The notes beneath the pieces are model-generated. The model was not told the DNA's origin, ran no database searches, and was given only the letters and a program-made list of their open reading frames with translations. Below, one piece after another: positions 1-14,207 of a stretch of DNA of 64,000 bases. The stretch lies in assembly GCF_009914755.1 (NCBI RefSeq), contig NC_060940.1; one strand, 5' to 3'. The first letter of the stretch is position 1. The number at the start of each line of letters is the position of its first letter. This DNA comes from the human T2T-CHM13v2.0 reference genome, Homo sapiens. A program made the position numbers and the translations under genes.

Positions 1-720
1 ATTTTTCTAAGGCAATCATGATCGCAGATGTGCCCAAGATTAGCCATCAGACTCCGAGCAGCACTGTTTATAATGCTGGCCAAACCTGAAAAAGTTAAAT
101 GTGCAGGACTGTAATAAATTATGGTACAGCTAGACTATACCATAACCATTAACCATGTGCAGTCATTAATGATTCTTCTGGAATGTAATTTTTTTAAGGA
201 CATGAGCAAAAATTCACACTATATTAGGTGAAAAAAGTGGATTATTAAAAACTTATGTATGATAATAGATCTAATTTTGTGTATACAAAAATTTGTGGCT
301 GGGCATGATGGTTCATGCCTGTAATCCCAGCACTTTGGGAGGCTGAGGTGGGCGGATCACCTGGGGTCAGGAGTTTGAGACCAGCCTGACCAATATGGTG
401 AAACCCCATCTCTACTAAAAATAAAAAAATTAGCCGGGCTGTGGTGGCATGCCGGTAATCCCAGCTACTCAGGAGGCTGAGGCAGGAGAATTGCTTGAAT
501 GCAGAAGGCAGATGTTGCAGTGAGCCGAGATCGCGCCACTGGACTCCAGCCTGGGTGGTGACAGAGGGAGACCCTGTCTCAAAAAAAAAAAAAAAAAAAA
601 AAATATTGTGCATGTACTGAAAAATTTGCTTGCAGGGAATACATTGATTCCTGAGATGACAGTGACTGCGGATGACTTTCATGTTTGTGTTTTTCTCTTG
701 TCGGTATTATCTAAATTAAA
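1..720 (+). mobile_element. Old L1 (L1M-type) 3' fragment, interrupted by Alu
   Basis: gcagcactgtttataatg...aataaattatggtaca resembles the L1M 3' end; highly diverged. Confidence 0.45.
297..603 (+). mobile_element. AluS, full length
   Basis: ggctgggcatgatggttcatgcctgtaatcccagc start, dimeric body, A23 tail, imperfect TSD aaaaatttgt/aaaaatattgt. Confidence 0.97.
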
Positions 721-1751
721 ATCCGTGGTTGACTGAATGGCAGGATGTGCAGGGAGGGTTGTCAGGAAGGGGCCATTTATCAGAAGGAGAGAACAGACAC
801 CAGAAAGGGCATGGGCTGTCAATCAAATACCGTTGAGGTGTTTGGGAGTGTGGAGTGGTCACCTCTGAGGCCATTTGCATGATAAAGACCCATGTGAACT
901 TCCACCAGTTTTGAAAAGAGACCTGGCCATCCTGGGAAGAAAAAGACTGTCTGGAAGGGCAGTGGCTGGGCCCCTGGAGATCAGAGGCTTTTATGACTCC
1001 CTGGAGGGAATGCATTGCAGCTGGCATGGAGGGTGAGGCTGCCAAGAGCTCACCACATCAAAGGGGTGGGCATGGCAGTGGGGGGCTCTGGGGTGCACCA
1101 ATGGTTTCGATCAAAACAGGAGCCATGCCCAGACCAGGAGGAGCGTTCTGTGTGGTGAGGGTCCTGTAGAGGATAGCATACGGAATAAACGTCAGGATCA
1201 CACTGGGGAGACTGACGCAGCTGAGCCAGGAGGCAAGGAAGAAAGAGGAAGACTGTATTCTGTCCAGTTGGTATAAAAATCAAACTCAGCCAGCATCGCC
1301 CTCTGCTTTATGTTCAACTCTCCAGGTAGCCACCTAGAAAACCTTTTCACACCCATTGTCCCCACCCTCTGAGTAGACAGAATGGAGAGTTTTATTTCAC
1401 AGCTGGAGAAACTAGGGCTAAAGGAGCTCAATGATCTCACTGGTGTTACTTCCTAACCAGACCTGTGCTGTGGGACTGTCCCGCAGGACGAAAGCAGCAG
1501 CTAGGCGTGACCATGGGGAGCCCCCTTGCCCCATAGGTAAATGCCGTCACCCTTTCCCAGCCTCAGATGATAGGGGTTCTGGGACAGAGAGACCCTGAAC
1601 ATAGAGTGCTGTGGGGAGTGGCGCATGCCTGGAACATGCTGTGTGGACAGAGGAGGTGGGAGAGATGAGGTGGTTTGGGCTAAGTAGAAGAGCAACTGTG
1701 GGAGGGACTGCATTCTGGAAACCCCAGAGCAGGGGATGAGGAAGAAATTGA

Positions 1752-1819
1752 TCAAGCAATCCTCCCAGCTCGACCTCCCAAAGTCCTAGGATTACAAGCT
1801 TGAGCCACTGTGCCTGGCC
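1752..1819 (-). mobile_element. Alu/FLAM left-arm fragment
   Basis: tcaagcaatcctccc...cctcccaaagtcctaggattaca...gagccactgtgcctggcc. Confidence 0.85.
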
Positions 1820-2619
1820 TACCTGGATTGTGGTGTGTGTATCTGCTCTCTGGGCCTCAGTTTCCCCATTTGGTGAACATTGGGCCCTGGGTTAGGTGCT
1901 TCCTATATATGCTCCCTTATTCTTGTGAGAACTTCATCCCTAATTATCTGATGAGAAAGCTGAGGGTCAGGCAGAGCCAGTGGGACTTGAAGTCAGGGCC
2001 ACCTGCCTCTAGTAGCCTGGCATTGACTCTAAAAATGACGAGTGGGAGGAGGGCAGGTTGGTCCAAGATGATTCCCTCAGCTCCTGCCTGCTTCTGCGGT
2101 CTCTCTGGAGATGCCTGCAAGGCTCTGCTGGGCCCCAGCACTGTCCCCTCAGCTAGGGAGCAGTTGGCAGGGTTCCCACTGTTCAGTCAGGTAAGGGCCT
2201 GCTGCTCTTCAGTGTGGCCTGTGTTTGGTGCCCATCCTATAGCCCAGAGTGCCAAGAGAGCATGCCATCTACCCTGCCTGGGAGGGCGGCCTTGTGCTTA
2301 GCTTGAGTTTTATTTCCTCCAGCCCCTGGTAGCCCCTTCGCCCCTGCCAGCCTATCTGCTGTGGGTGTGGGCTCCAGCTCTGTCATATTCTGTCCGTGTC
2401 CAGGGCTATGCACAGAGCCACAGTGCTGGCGAGGAGGGGCGCTGCCAGGGGTGGCCCAGAATCTAGACCCTGAATGGCACTGGGGAAGCATGGGCTGCTC
2501 CCTTTTCCTTTCTCTCTTTGTTACTGAGATGCACCTTGTTATCGTAAAGGGCACTGGGCCCCTGTATAGGGCTCAAGGAAATTTACATTTCCACACACTC
2601 TTGCAGCCATACATTAGGT

Positions 2620-3407
<788 letters not shown>

Positions 3408-5059
3408 GATCTGACAAACTTTCTGTAGTGTTGAAGTTCAGTGACTTGGAGTAGTCACCTCCAGCTCAAGGTGCATGTGCCTGTGTGTTTTCTCCTTTTT
3501 TTGATAAAACCCAGGCTCAGCACAGGGTCGAGAAAAAGACTGAAAGTCAGCCCAGAAAGCAGTGTAGAAAGTAGAAAGCTAGTCTGGACTACCATTAGCA
3601 TCAAGGACCTCAGTCACTGGAGCCATTGAGATGGGTCCACCCCTTCTCCCTCTCTTTCTCTCTCTCTCTTTTTCTTTCTTTAATTCATTAGCAAGAGGGT
3701 CTGTCTCACTATGTTGCCCAGGCTGGAAAACCTGGGCTCAAGCAACCCTCCCATCTCAGCCTCCCAGTCCCAGCTCAATCTTTCTTTTTAAAGTTGGAGA
3801 ATTTTCTAAAGTTCTCCAACTTTAAAGGCTGCTGCCTAGGGAGGCAGGGCTGCACCCACGGGCAGAGTTAGAGGCAGAGCTGGAACAGAACCCCAGCATG
3901 GGAAGTCCGTGTTCACGGGGGGCCATTTCACCCTGGGACATTGTAGGGCAGCTCGAGGCTCTGACTAGGGAGGCCCAGCGCCTGGGGCTGGCGCTTGGTC
4001 CGAGCTCTGCAGGCTTTCCTGGGTGGAGAGGAGCCTCTTCCTGCCATGCACACCAGGCCTTCCTTAAGTGACTCAAACACCAATCTTCCTTGGGCTTCCT
4101 GAACTGTGAGGATTCCACAGTCTGGCAGGGCTGGTGGCCTCAGCCGTACACTCTGCAGCCAAGAGGGCTCTAGCTCCTGATTCCACCCTGTCCCTCAGCG
4201 GCTCCCCAGTGCTCTTCCAGGCCTTAGGCCTGCACCATCCCCACCTCTCCCTCCTCACCAACCTGCCACCTCCTGCCTCAGGTGGACACACTCAGGAGGA
4301 AGTCAAGCCTGTCCCTATACAAAAGCCATATTCCCAGGCACTTGCCTGAGTAGAGACGAAGTCTCAGCTCCTTCTACGTGAGCCCGAGGTGCCCACGGTC
4401 CCCACACCCCCTCCAGGAGTCCTTGCATTTGCGCAATGCTTTATACTCATCTGTCAGCTCGGCAGTGGGTCCCCCAGAGGGTGAAAACCACATTGTCCCT
4501 GTCTCATCAGCAACCAGAACAGGGGGCACCAACTGTGGCCTCCTCCCATATTTGTCGGGAGACTGAATGATTCTCAGGAAGCTGCGCGGCCACCGGCCAT
4601 TTTACATGGGCATTTCCAAGCTGGGTGCTTTTTGCACCATGCTATTTTGGGCGGGAAGACTTTTCCAGTCCCTTTCTCCTTGGCATGCCACAGAAGAATT
4701 TCCTTCACCCACATCTGGATCATCTAGAATTACCCAGTTCAGCCTGTTGCTTTCAATGGCAAACGTCCAGTGCATGGTGTTGGCTCATTTTCATCCCCAC
4801 TGTCTAGGAGCCCTTGAGCCTTGAGCTTTGGTTCACTATGGGCAGTCTCTTCCCTCCAGGCCTTGGCTAGAGCCAGGCAGGGACAGTGCCCACTCAGGGG
4901 CCGATCCACCTCGCTGGGGGCCACCAGTTCGAGCTGGGTGCTCTGTGAAACCAGTCATACCCAAGCTACTGGACTCTGGTCACTCCATGATCCTTGGCAA
5001 GATGTCTGTCTATGAACCGCAGTCCCTCTATCTGTAAAATGAAGGATCCTAGACTGGGA

Positions 5060-5555
<496 letters not shown>

Positions 5556-5566
5556 AACTCTGTATG

Positions 5567-6200
5567 TGCCAGACGCGTTTAAGCCAGAGAAGCTCCATCT
5601 TGAATAAGGGCTGGGTAAAATGAGGCTGAGACCTACTGGGCTGCATTCCCAGCAGGTTAAGGCATTCTAAGTCACAAGATGAGCTAAGAGGTCGGCACAA
5701 AATACAGGTCACAAAGACCTTGCAGATAAAACAGGTTGTGGTAAAGGAGCCGGCCAAAACCCACCTAAACCAAGGTGGCGACAAAAGTGACCTCTGGTTG
5801 TCCTCACTGCTCATTATGAACTAATTACAAAGTATCATCATGTTAAAGACACTCCCACCAACGCCATGACAGTTTACAAATGCCATGGCAACATCTGGAA
5901 GCTACCCATATGGCCTAAAAAGGGGAGGAACCCTCGGTTCAGTGAAATCTCTGCCTCTTTCCTGGAAAACTCATGAATAATCTACCCCTTGTTTAGCATA
6001 TGACCAAGAAATAACTATAAGTATACTCAGTCAAGCAGCCCATGATGCTGCTCTGCCTTTGAAGTAGCCATTCTTTTATGCCTTTACTTTCCTAATAAAC
6101 TTGCTTTCACTTTACTCTATGGATTCACCTCAAATTCTTTCTTGTGCTAGATCCAAGAACCCTTTCTTGGGGTCTGGATTGGGACCCCTGTCCTGTAACA
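5567..6200 (+). mobile_element. MER41B solo LTR (ERV1)
   Basis: TG...CA ends, perfect 4-bp TSD tatg, 634 bp; ctccatcttgaataagggctgggtaaaatgaggctgagacctactgggctgcattccc; keeps the GAS-containing segment and AATAAA. Confidence 0.92.
5938..5967. promoter_or_regulatory. Tandem GAS (STAT) motifs in MER41B
   Basis: TTCAGTGAA 5938-5946 and TTCCTGGAA 5959-5967 both fit TTCN3GAA. Confidence 0.6.
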
Positions 6201-6399
6201 TATGGACCAGCTATTTGAGCTCTGGCCTAGACATCCTGCTCTATATACCTTCCCCCTGGGGGATTGGTGGGTGGTGGCAGGGCGGGAACCCCAGAAAGGT
6301 GCAGGGCTTGAATTCTGACTACACCTGCCTCTCCCCACACACCAGCTGTCATGTCACAGGCACCCTTTGCAGTGTGATCGCCTTCCTTTTGGGGCGCCC

Positions 6400-7080
6400 G
6401 AGCTAGCATATGAATTTTTGATCAGCTTGCCTTTTGAATGAGTTGACTATCATGAATAACAGGGCAAAGGGCGCCAGCATTGTGTCTTTAACTATAACTG
6501 TTCCAATTAATTATGGGTGTAATTAGCATACATCGTGAGCAGCCCTGGAAAATAATACTTCATGGGTTATAGATGCCCTGGCAGCTGTAACATGAAGTGT
6601 GATACCGGGCTGGGGTAGAGATAGTTATTAATAAATTACTCCCATTGTCAGAGACCCTTATTTATACAAATTAGCAGGGGATACGTAATCAACTTTAACT
6701 GTATAATTTATAATAATTGATTTCATTTTGACTGACCACCAGTCGCTTACCAAATACCCTCGGAAGAAAAATTGCCCTATTAGGGTAAGTTTAATCCTAA
6801 ACATAGCTAATGAATCCTATTACTTTAAGGTCATATTTGAAGCTTTTGTTAATTGTCAGAACCATTTTAAATTGATTAGAGTTAAATTAAATCAATGTAA
6901 TGTTTAGAAAAACAATATTTCTAATGGATGAGGCCAGGCTGACCTCGAATAAACATATTTATCAACCGATTCCTGCTGACGAGAAGGGGAACAGCTGGGC
7001 CCATAAGTCACATTTGTCTATAATATGGGAAATGTCACCAGACAATTAGTTATGTCAGGTAATGAATAGGGAGCACGGGG
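6400..7080. promoter_or_regulatory. Candidate conserved developmental enhancer
   Basis: Repeat-free AT-rich island with many TAAT/ATTA cores, TAATCC 6792-6797, CATTGT/TGTCA 6643-6650, AAGGTCA 6827-6833; conservation not tested. Confidence 0.45.
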
Positions 7081-7331
7081 ACTCCCCTCTGGCAGCTGGT
7101 GTGGATGGGGTAGAATGTTCCAGACCTGAGCCCCTGGCTGCTCCCCTCTGGATGGTCTTTGTTTCCCCAACCTAAACCGAACGCTTCTCAGCTTCCTCAT
7201 TCACCTCCCTGGATGCTCACCTGGTCCACATTCCCTCCCTGCCCTGTCCCCAGTCTCTCAGGCTCTAGTGCTCTGGCCTTCCACCCGGAGCTGGGAAGCC
7301 ACCTGTCTTCCCCGTCCACACCTACTCATCC

Positions 7332-7883
7332 TGTTACAGGAAAGGGGTCCCGATCCAGACCCAAGGGAGCATTCTTGGATATCACACAAGAAAGAATTCG
7401 GGGCAAATCCATAGAGTAAAGTGAAAGCAAGATTATTAAGAAAGTAAAGGAATAAAATAATGGCTAGTCCATAGACAGAGTAGCCCCAAGGGCTGCTGGT
7501 TGTCCATATTTATGGTTATTTCTTGATGATATGCTAAACAAGGGGTGGATTATTCATGCCTCCTCTTTCTAGACCGTATAGGCTAACTTCCTGAGGTTGC
7601 CATGGCATTTGTAAACTGTCATGGCCCTGGTGGGAGTGTAGCAGTGAGGACGATCAGAGGTTACTCTCAGTGCCATCTTGGTTTTGGTGGGTTTTGGCTG
7701 ACTTCTTTACTGCAAATTGTTTTATCAGCAAGGTCTTTATGACCTGTATGTTGTGCCGACCTCGTACCTCATCCTGTGGCTTAGAATGCCTTACCATCTG
7801 GGAATGCAGCCCAGTAGGTCTCAGCCTTATTTTACCCAGCCCCTATTCAAGACGGAGTCGCTCTGGTTCACACACCTCTGACA
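7332..7883 (-). mobile_element. MER41A solo LTR (ERV1)
   Basis: TG...CA ends, TSD atcc/gtcc, 552 bp; antisense to the 5567-6200 LTR but lacks the GAS segment, as expected for MER41A. Confidence 0.9.
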
Positions 7884-7889
7884 GTCCCT

Positions 7890-8150
7890 CACCATCCCCT
7901 GGGTTTTGCTCAGGTATCACTGCCTCGGGGAAGCCTTCCCTGACCCCCATTCTCCAACAACCTCCCAAGGATGAGCTGTCAGGGCAACATGGGTACCCTT
8001 CTCAGCTGTCGTTTTTCCATCCGTGTGATTCCAACACCAGGCTTCAAGCCCCATGAGAGCAGCCCTGTGTCACTTCCTTAGCCCTGGGTCTCGGATTCTG
8101 AGCCCTGATGGAATGCCATGAGGACCTGCTGAATGAATGAAGGAGTGAAG
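7890..8150 (+). mobile_element. L2 3' fragment
   Basis: ggggaagccttccctgacccc...ccccatgagagcag...gaatgaatgaa. Confidence 0.65.
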
Positions 8151-8356
8151 GATGCAGGACTGATATTGGGCTACTCGGAGAATGTCATCTACTGCTTACA
8201 GAACATTTACCAAACACCAAGTATTTTACATACATTCAGCTAGTTTTTGAGACATTCTTGAGAGGTGGGGCCTGGTACTTCCATTTTATAAAAGAAATAA
8301 CTCATCCAAGATGTCTTGGCTAAGCGTGAAGAAGATAGGATTCAAACTCAGGTCCA

Positions 8357-8689
8357 AGCTGGGTGCAATGGCTCATGCCTGTAATCCCAGCACTTCAAGA
8401 GGCCGAGGTGGGAGTGTTGCTTGAGTCCAAGAGTTCGAGACCAGCCTAGGGAACATACTGAGTGAGACCTTGTCTTTACAAAACAAAAGACAAAAAACAA
8501 CAACAAATTAGCTGGGCATGTGGTGGCATGTACCTGTGGCCTCAGCTACTGGGGAGGCTGAGGCAGGAGGATCGCTTGAGCCCAGGAGTTGGAGGCTGCA
8601 GTAAGATGTGATTGTGCCGCTGTACCCCAGCCTGGATGAAAGAGCAAGACCCTGTCTCTAAAAATCAGTCAATCAATAAACAAACAAAA
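8357..8689 (+). mobile_element. AluJ inserted in MIR
   Basis: ggaggatcgcttgagcccaggag diagnostic; TSD aaactcaggtcca (8344-8356 / 8690-8702). Confidence 0.95.
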
Positions 8690-9377
8690 AAACTCAGGTC
8701 CAAGAAAATCCAAAGCCCTTTCTGAAGCCTTTGCCTGGTCAGCCAGGATTCCTGCAGGAAACAGCATGGGGACCTCGAGGAAAGGTTTGGATTTCCAGAG
8801 GGAGGCCGAATGGATCCTCTGGGCTAACTCCTGAGAGAACCAAATCTGGGCAGGAGAAGCAGATGTCGGGGAGAGGAAAGAGCTGGTTCATTCCAGTGGC
8901 CCCTGCTTCTTCCCTAGCCCAGAGGGGTGGTCCCTGGTTGGGGTGGTGCATAGGGTGGAATTCCTGCCAGACATCCGGACCTGCGGTAAGTCCTCGATGG
9001 GAAATGTATTCACCGTGTTACCTTGGGAGCATCACTGTGGCCTCGGTTTCCAGGGCTGTGAAATGAGTTCCCAGCCACAGCACTGCTCAGAGGAAAGGCA
9101 TGGCGGGAGCAGGCTCATGATGTGCACTGGGGAAGCCCCTCCTCTCCTCTGTCCCCGTTACTTCTGTCACCCTGGATTAGCGGCAGGAGGTGGGGATCTC
9201 TGCCTTTACCTAGCTTCTGCTTGGCACCTTGGAATGGAGGTGGCCAGCAGGCTGGGATCTTTCAAGCCTGCTGAAGCCTGAAAGAGGGGCCCTCAAACGG
9301 ACCAAGGTGCTTAGGATAGGAAAGGCACTCAGACTCCCCACACAGGCAATAAAGATTCAGAAAAGATTCAGAAACTC

Positions 9378-9538
9378 ACAGGCACATGCCACCACACCCA
9401 GCTAATTTTTGTATTTTTAGTAGAGAAAAGGTTTCTCCATGTTGGCCATGCTGATCTCAAACTCCTGACCTCAGGTGATCCACCTGCCTCGGCCTCCCAA
9501 AGTGCGGGGATTATAGGCATGAGCCAGTGCGCCTGGCC
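9378..9538 (-). mobile_element. AluS lacking most of the right arm and tail
   Basis: Left arm and linker present; begins abruptly at acaggcacatgccacc. Confidence 0.9.
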
Positions 9539-9725
9539 TTGCATGTGCCGTCTCTACAGTTGGTTCTGTGCTTCGCTTTATGAATTGAATCATACAATTC
9601 GGAGACTGCCAATCAATAGTAGCATATAATAAGGGTGTCTTCATTTTTGTAAGCAGTTGCTTGGTGTTTTATTGCTTGGTTGTGCTGTCATTTATTTAGC
9701 CATTTAGATTGTTTCCAGGCTGTAG

Positions 9726-10143
<418 letters not shown>

Positions 10144-10813
10144 AGCATTTCTTTATCAAACCCGAATCCTTCTACATCCCACACCTGCCGTTGGAGGAAA
10201 CACGATGTCGCTTTGCAGAGGTTGCTGTGGTGGGCGGGAGGGATCGTGGTGGGCAGGTGAACAGCTGAGGGATAGTAGGGGCCTCAGGGAGAGGAGTCCT
10301 GTCTGTTATAAGTGGCCCCTGAGTGTGCCAGGCACTTCACAGCCCTGTACTGATCAATACAGAGCACTTTGATCAGCTTATTCCAGATACAGCAAGGGCT
10401 AGGTTCTGACATGTGGTTACCTGGGAGGGAGGGAACAGGAGCCAGGGAGGATATAACAGGGAGTGCATCAGAGAGTTGAGAAGAGTCTGGTGGGTAAGGG
10501 CTGCAAGCTCAGGCTGCCTGAGAAGTCCCACAATCTGCCATCTGCAAGCCCTTTGGGCTTGGGCTGGAACTCTAGTTCCAGTGGCTCAGAGTGTACCCTC
10601 AGGGGCCCCATTCCTGCCCCTGAGGGTACACCATTCCCTCAAGGGCTGGAATGGGGTGGTCTGTGTCTCCAAGGAAGTTCTACCCCTTCTAGGAGAAGCA
10701 ATAGAGATTGCGAACCATAGCCTTTTCCCTGTTTTGTGGGTCATAGAGTGGAGGTTGCAAACTCAAGGCCTGCCTGCATGAGGCTTGCAAAAACTTGTGA
10801 AAAGTTGCCAGCC

Positions 10814-11314
10814 ATGGTGGTTAATTTCATGTACCAACTTGAGTGGGTTAGTGGGTCCCCAGATTAAACACTGCTTCTGGGTGTGTCTGTGAGGGTGTTC
10901 CAGGCAAGATTCGCATTTGCATCCGTGAACTCGCTTAAGCAATTGTGGGTGGGGGACATCCGATCCTTTGAGGGCCTGAATAGAATTTTAAAAAGAGAAA
11001 AATCCACCCCCACTTTTTTCTGGCCTCACAGCTTGAGCTGGGACATCTTGTTCTCATCTCCTGCCCTCAGACTGGGATTGACTCCACCTGCTCTCCCAGG
11101 ACAGCCACTGGTGTAGTTCCAGTCCAAGCCCAAAGGGCTTGCAGATGGCAGACTGAGGGGCTCCTCGGGCTCCCTAATAGAAGGAGCCAGTTGCTCATAA
11201 TAAACCCCTCTGTCTCTGTCTGTCTCTCTGTCTCTCCCACTCTCTCTCTGTATATGGAAACACACACATGTATATTCTATTGGTTCTGTTTCTCTGGAGA
11301 ACTCTAATTAAATC
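10814..11314 (+). mobile_element. MLT2 LTR (ERVL), inserted in a MER102-like element
   Basis: tggttaatttcatgtaccaacttga start; ctattggttctgtttctctggagaactctaattaaatca end. Confidence 0.88.
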
Positions 11315-11559
11315 AGTGTTTAAGAAAATGGAAGATTTCACACAAAATCTGGATCTTCAGCCTTTCTCGAAAAAACTGGAGGAGTTGGCACATCAGGCAC
11401 TGTTATCTACAAGGGCACCCAGGGGCAGCAGAGGACCCCCACGATCAGCCCTGAGCTCTGCCATTCTCCGCAGTCCCCACCTGGCTGCTTGCTAGGGCCT
11501 GGACACCAGACATAATTAAGTTTGCAATCCTTAGCATAAAGGGAAGGCCATCGGGGTCC

Positions 11560-11882
11560 ACGTATCCTGCCTCCCGGGCTGGTTCCTTCTGAGGGGTATC
11601 AGGGAAGGAACTGGTCCAGGCCTCTCTCCTGGGCTTGTGGATGGCTGTCTTCTCCCTGCATCTCTTTACGAGGCTTTCTGTCAATGCCTCTGTCTCTCTG
11701 TCCAAATGTTCCCTTTTTATAAGGACATCAGTCATATTGGATTAGGGCCCATCCTAATATGCTCATTCTAACTTGAGTACTTCTGTAAAGACCATATGTC
11801 TGAATAAGGTCACATCTAGGGGACTGGGGAATAGGACTCTAACATGTCTTTTTTTGGAGGGGAAACAAGTTAACCTATAACA
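11560..11882 (-). mobile_element. MLT1 (A-C type) MaLR LTR
   Basis: ataaggacatcagtcatattggattagggccc...aataaggtcacat...aacctataaca. Confidence 0.85.
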
Positions 11883-12995
11883 GGTGGCTTTAGGAATCAA
11901 CTTCATTTGTCCAAATGAATTATAGTTATTTCGCTTTCTCCTCCATGACATCGAACTCTGCTGACACCCTAGGTCAGGGATGACTTGTATATCACCGCTC
12001 TCACAGCAGACATCATTAACTGATCATCGAACTTTTGCATTGAGCCTGGCTGTGACCTCAGAATCCTTCTAAACACAGCTCTCCTGGTACCTACTACAAA
12101 TCTGTTTATCGTGTCTGACCTGTGCCTTGCTCTGTTATGTGTTGCTTCTGTCTTGCTTGGTTCAATTCTGTTTCCTCTGCTTAGGAATGCTCTTAAAGCC
12201 CAATTCAGGTGTCTGCTTTCTCCCTTTGTATAGCCTTCCCTGATTATCCAAGCAAAGAATATCTCTCCTTCCATGTGCACCAATGCACTGGTTCTGAAAT
12301 TGTCCCTGTAGGAAGGGCCCTCATTGGAAGAAAGAGACTTGGGGATGGGTTTGCATAAACTTTGCCCGGGAGTCAGAAAAGCCCAATTATTTACATTAAA
12401 GTAAGGGGGATGGGCTGGTGGAAATGGGAAGGAGGACCAACACCCCCAGCCCCTTATGCTCAGTACTTAGTACTCACCCTGCTTGTCTCATTCATTGCAT
12501 CCTGAAAATTATCTGTGCAGAGAATGAGAATTTATGTCAACCTGAAAATGACAGCCTGCTTTCCCTTTGAAGGAGGGCTTCGGCCTATTCCTGGAGTGGT
12601 TTGAGGGGAGGGTGGATGTTCCCCAGATATATATAAATTACCCTCTCCTTCAGAGAGTGGAGATTTAGCAGTTGTGTTTTCCTAAGACAAGGCCTTCCCT
12701 GCTCTTAAGAAATGGGAAATTCAGTTTTTGGCTTTCTAATAACTTGAGCTCTGGGTTCTAGTATCACATGGAGATTTTTTCTGATTGGCTACTTAGCGGA
12801 AGGAGAAGAGGTAAACCAGGAGCGAGGAGCTGATCCCTCCAAGCCATTCTCCAAAAGTAGAGTCTGGGTGAGGTTCAACAGCAGCTTCCCCAAAGATATG
12901 TCCACTCTGAACCTCAGAAGTGGCCTTATCTGGAATAAGGATTTCTGCAGATGCGATTAAGACTAGGGCCTCAAGGTGATCTTATACCTGGATTA

Positions 12996-13370
<375 letters not shown>

Positions 13371-13494
13371 AGAAAAGGAGACACACAGGAGAGAAACAGA
13401 TGTGAAAATGGAGACAAAAATGGGAGCACTGAGTCCACCAGCCAAGGGATGCCCAGGGCTGCCAGCAGGCGTCAGTAGCCAGAGAGACAGGAAC

Positions 13495-14207
13495 TGTTAG
13501 CACTTAGGGAACCTGTCTGAGTCACGTAGCATCAAATGTCACTGGCAGCAAATCCATATGGATCTGTAGCAGCCTCATTTCTTGCCTCCTCAGAAGAAAG
13601 AATTCAACTGAGGGGCATAAGGCAGCGTGAGAGACCAAGGCAAATTTTAGAGCAAGAGTGAAAGTTTATTAAAAGGTTTTAGGGCAGGAATGAAAGGAAG
13701 TAAATTACACTTGGAAGAGGGCCAAGCGGGTGAGTTGAGAGTCAAGTGTGTTATTTGACCTTTGACTTAGGGTTTCATACTTCCGGGGTCTTGCATTCCT
13801 TCTCCCCTGATTCTTCCACTGGGGTGGGCTGTCTACATGTGCAGTGGCCTGACAGCACTTAGAGGGGGCCGCATGTGTGTGTGTTTACTGAAGTTGTGTG
13901 CATGCTCAGTTGAGGCGTATTCCTAGAAGGTCATATACCAGGTAAACTCTGCCATTTTGCCTCTGAGTGCTCATGCTTAAGCCCACTCGCCCACTCCTGA
14001 GATCTTATTGGGAAGCTGTTGATCACCAGTTTCAGGTGTTTCTGTTTATTGGGAGACAGTCTTTCCCTGGCGCCGGCTGTGACCAATTATTATTTTAGAG
14101 AGACAGCTTAATAACTATCTGACCATCACCTGATGGTCGCCTGACACTCCTGGTGGGGGTGACCCTCTCCTGCTCTGCTCGTATCTGACTAACTACCGAC
14201 TATGACA
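13495..14207 (-). mobile_element. MER50 solo LTR (ERV1)
   Basis: TG...CA ends, TSD gaac/gaat; gaccatcacctgatggtcgcctgaca and ctgagatcttattgggaagctg match MER50. Confidence 0.85.

Noticed and set aside
245-682. 145-aa ORF, and similar ORFs at 9896, 41631 and 46310
   Set aside because: Translations of antisense Alu ([24 protein letters not shown]); not genes
5567-7883. MER41 provirus or composite transposon
   Set aside because: The LTRs are inverted, of different subfamilies, each with its own TSD, and there is no PBS or internal sequence between them
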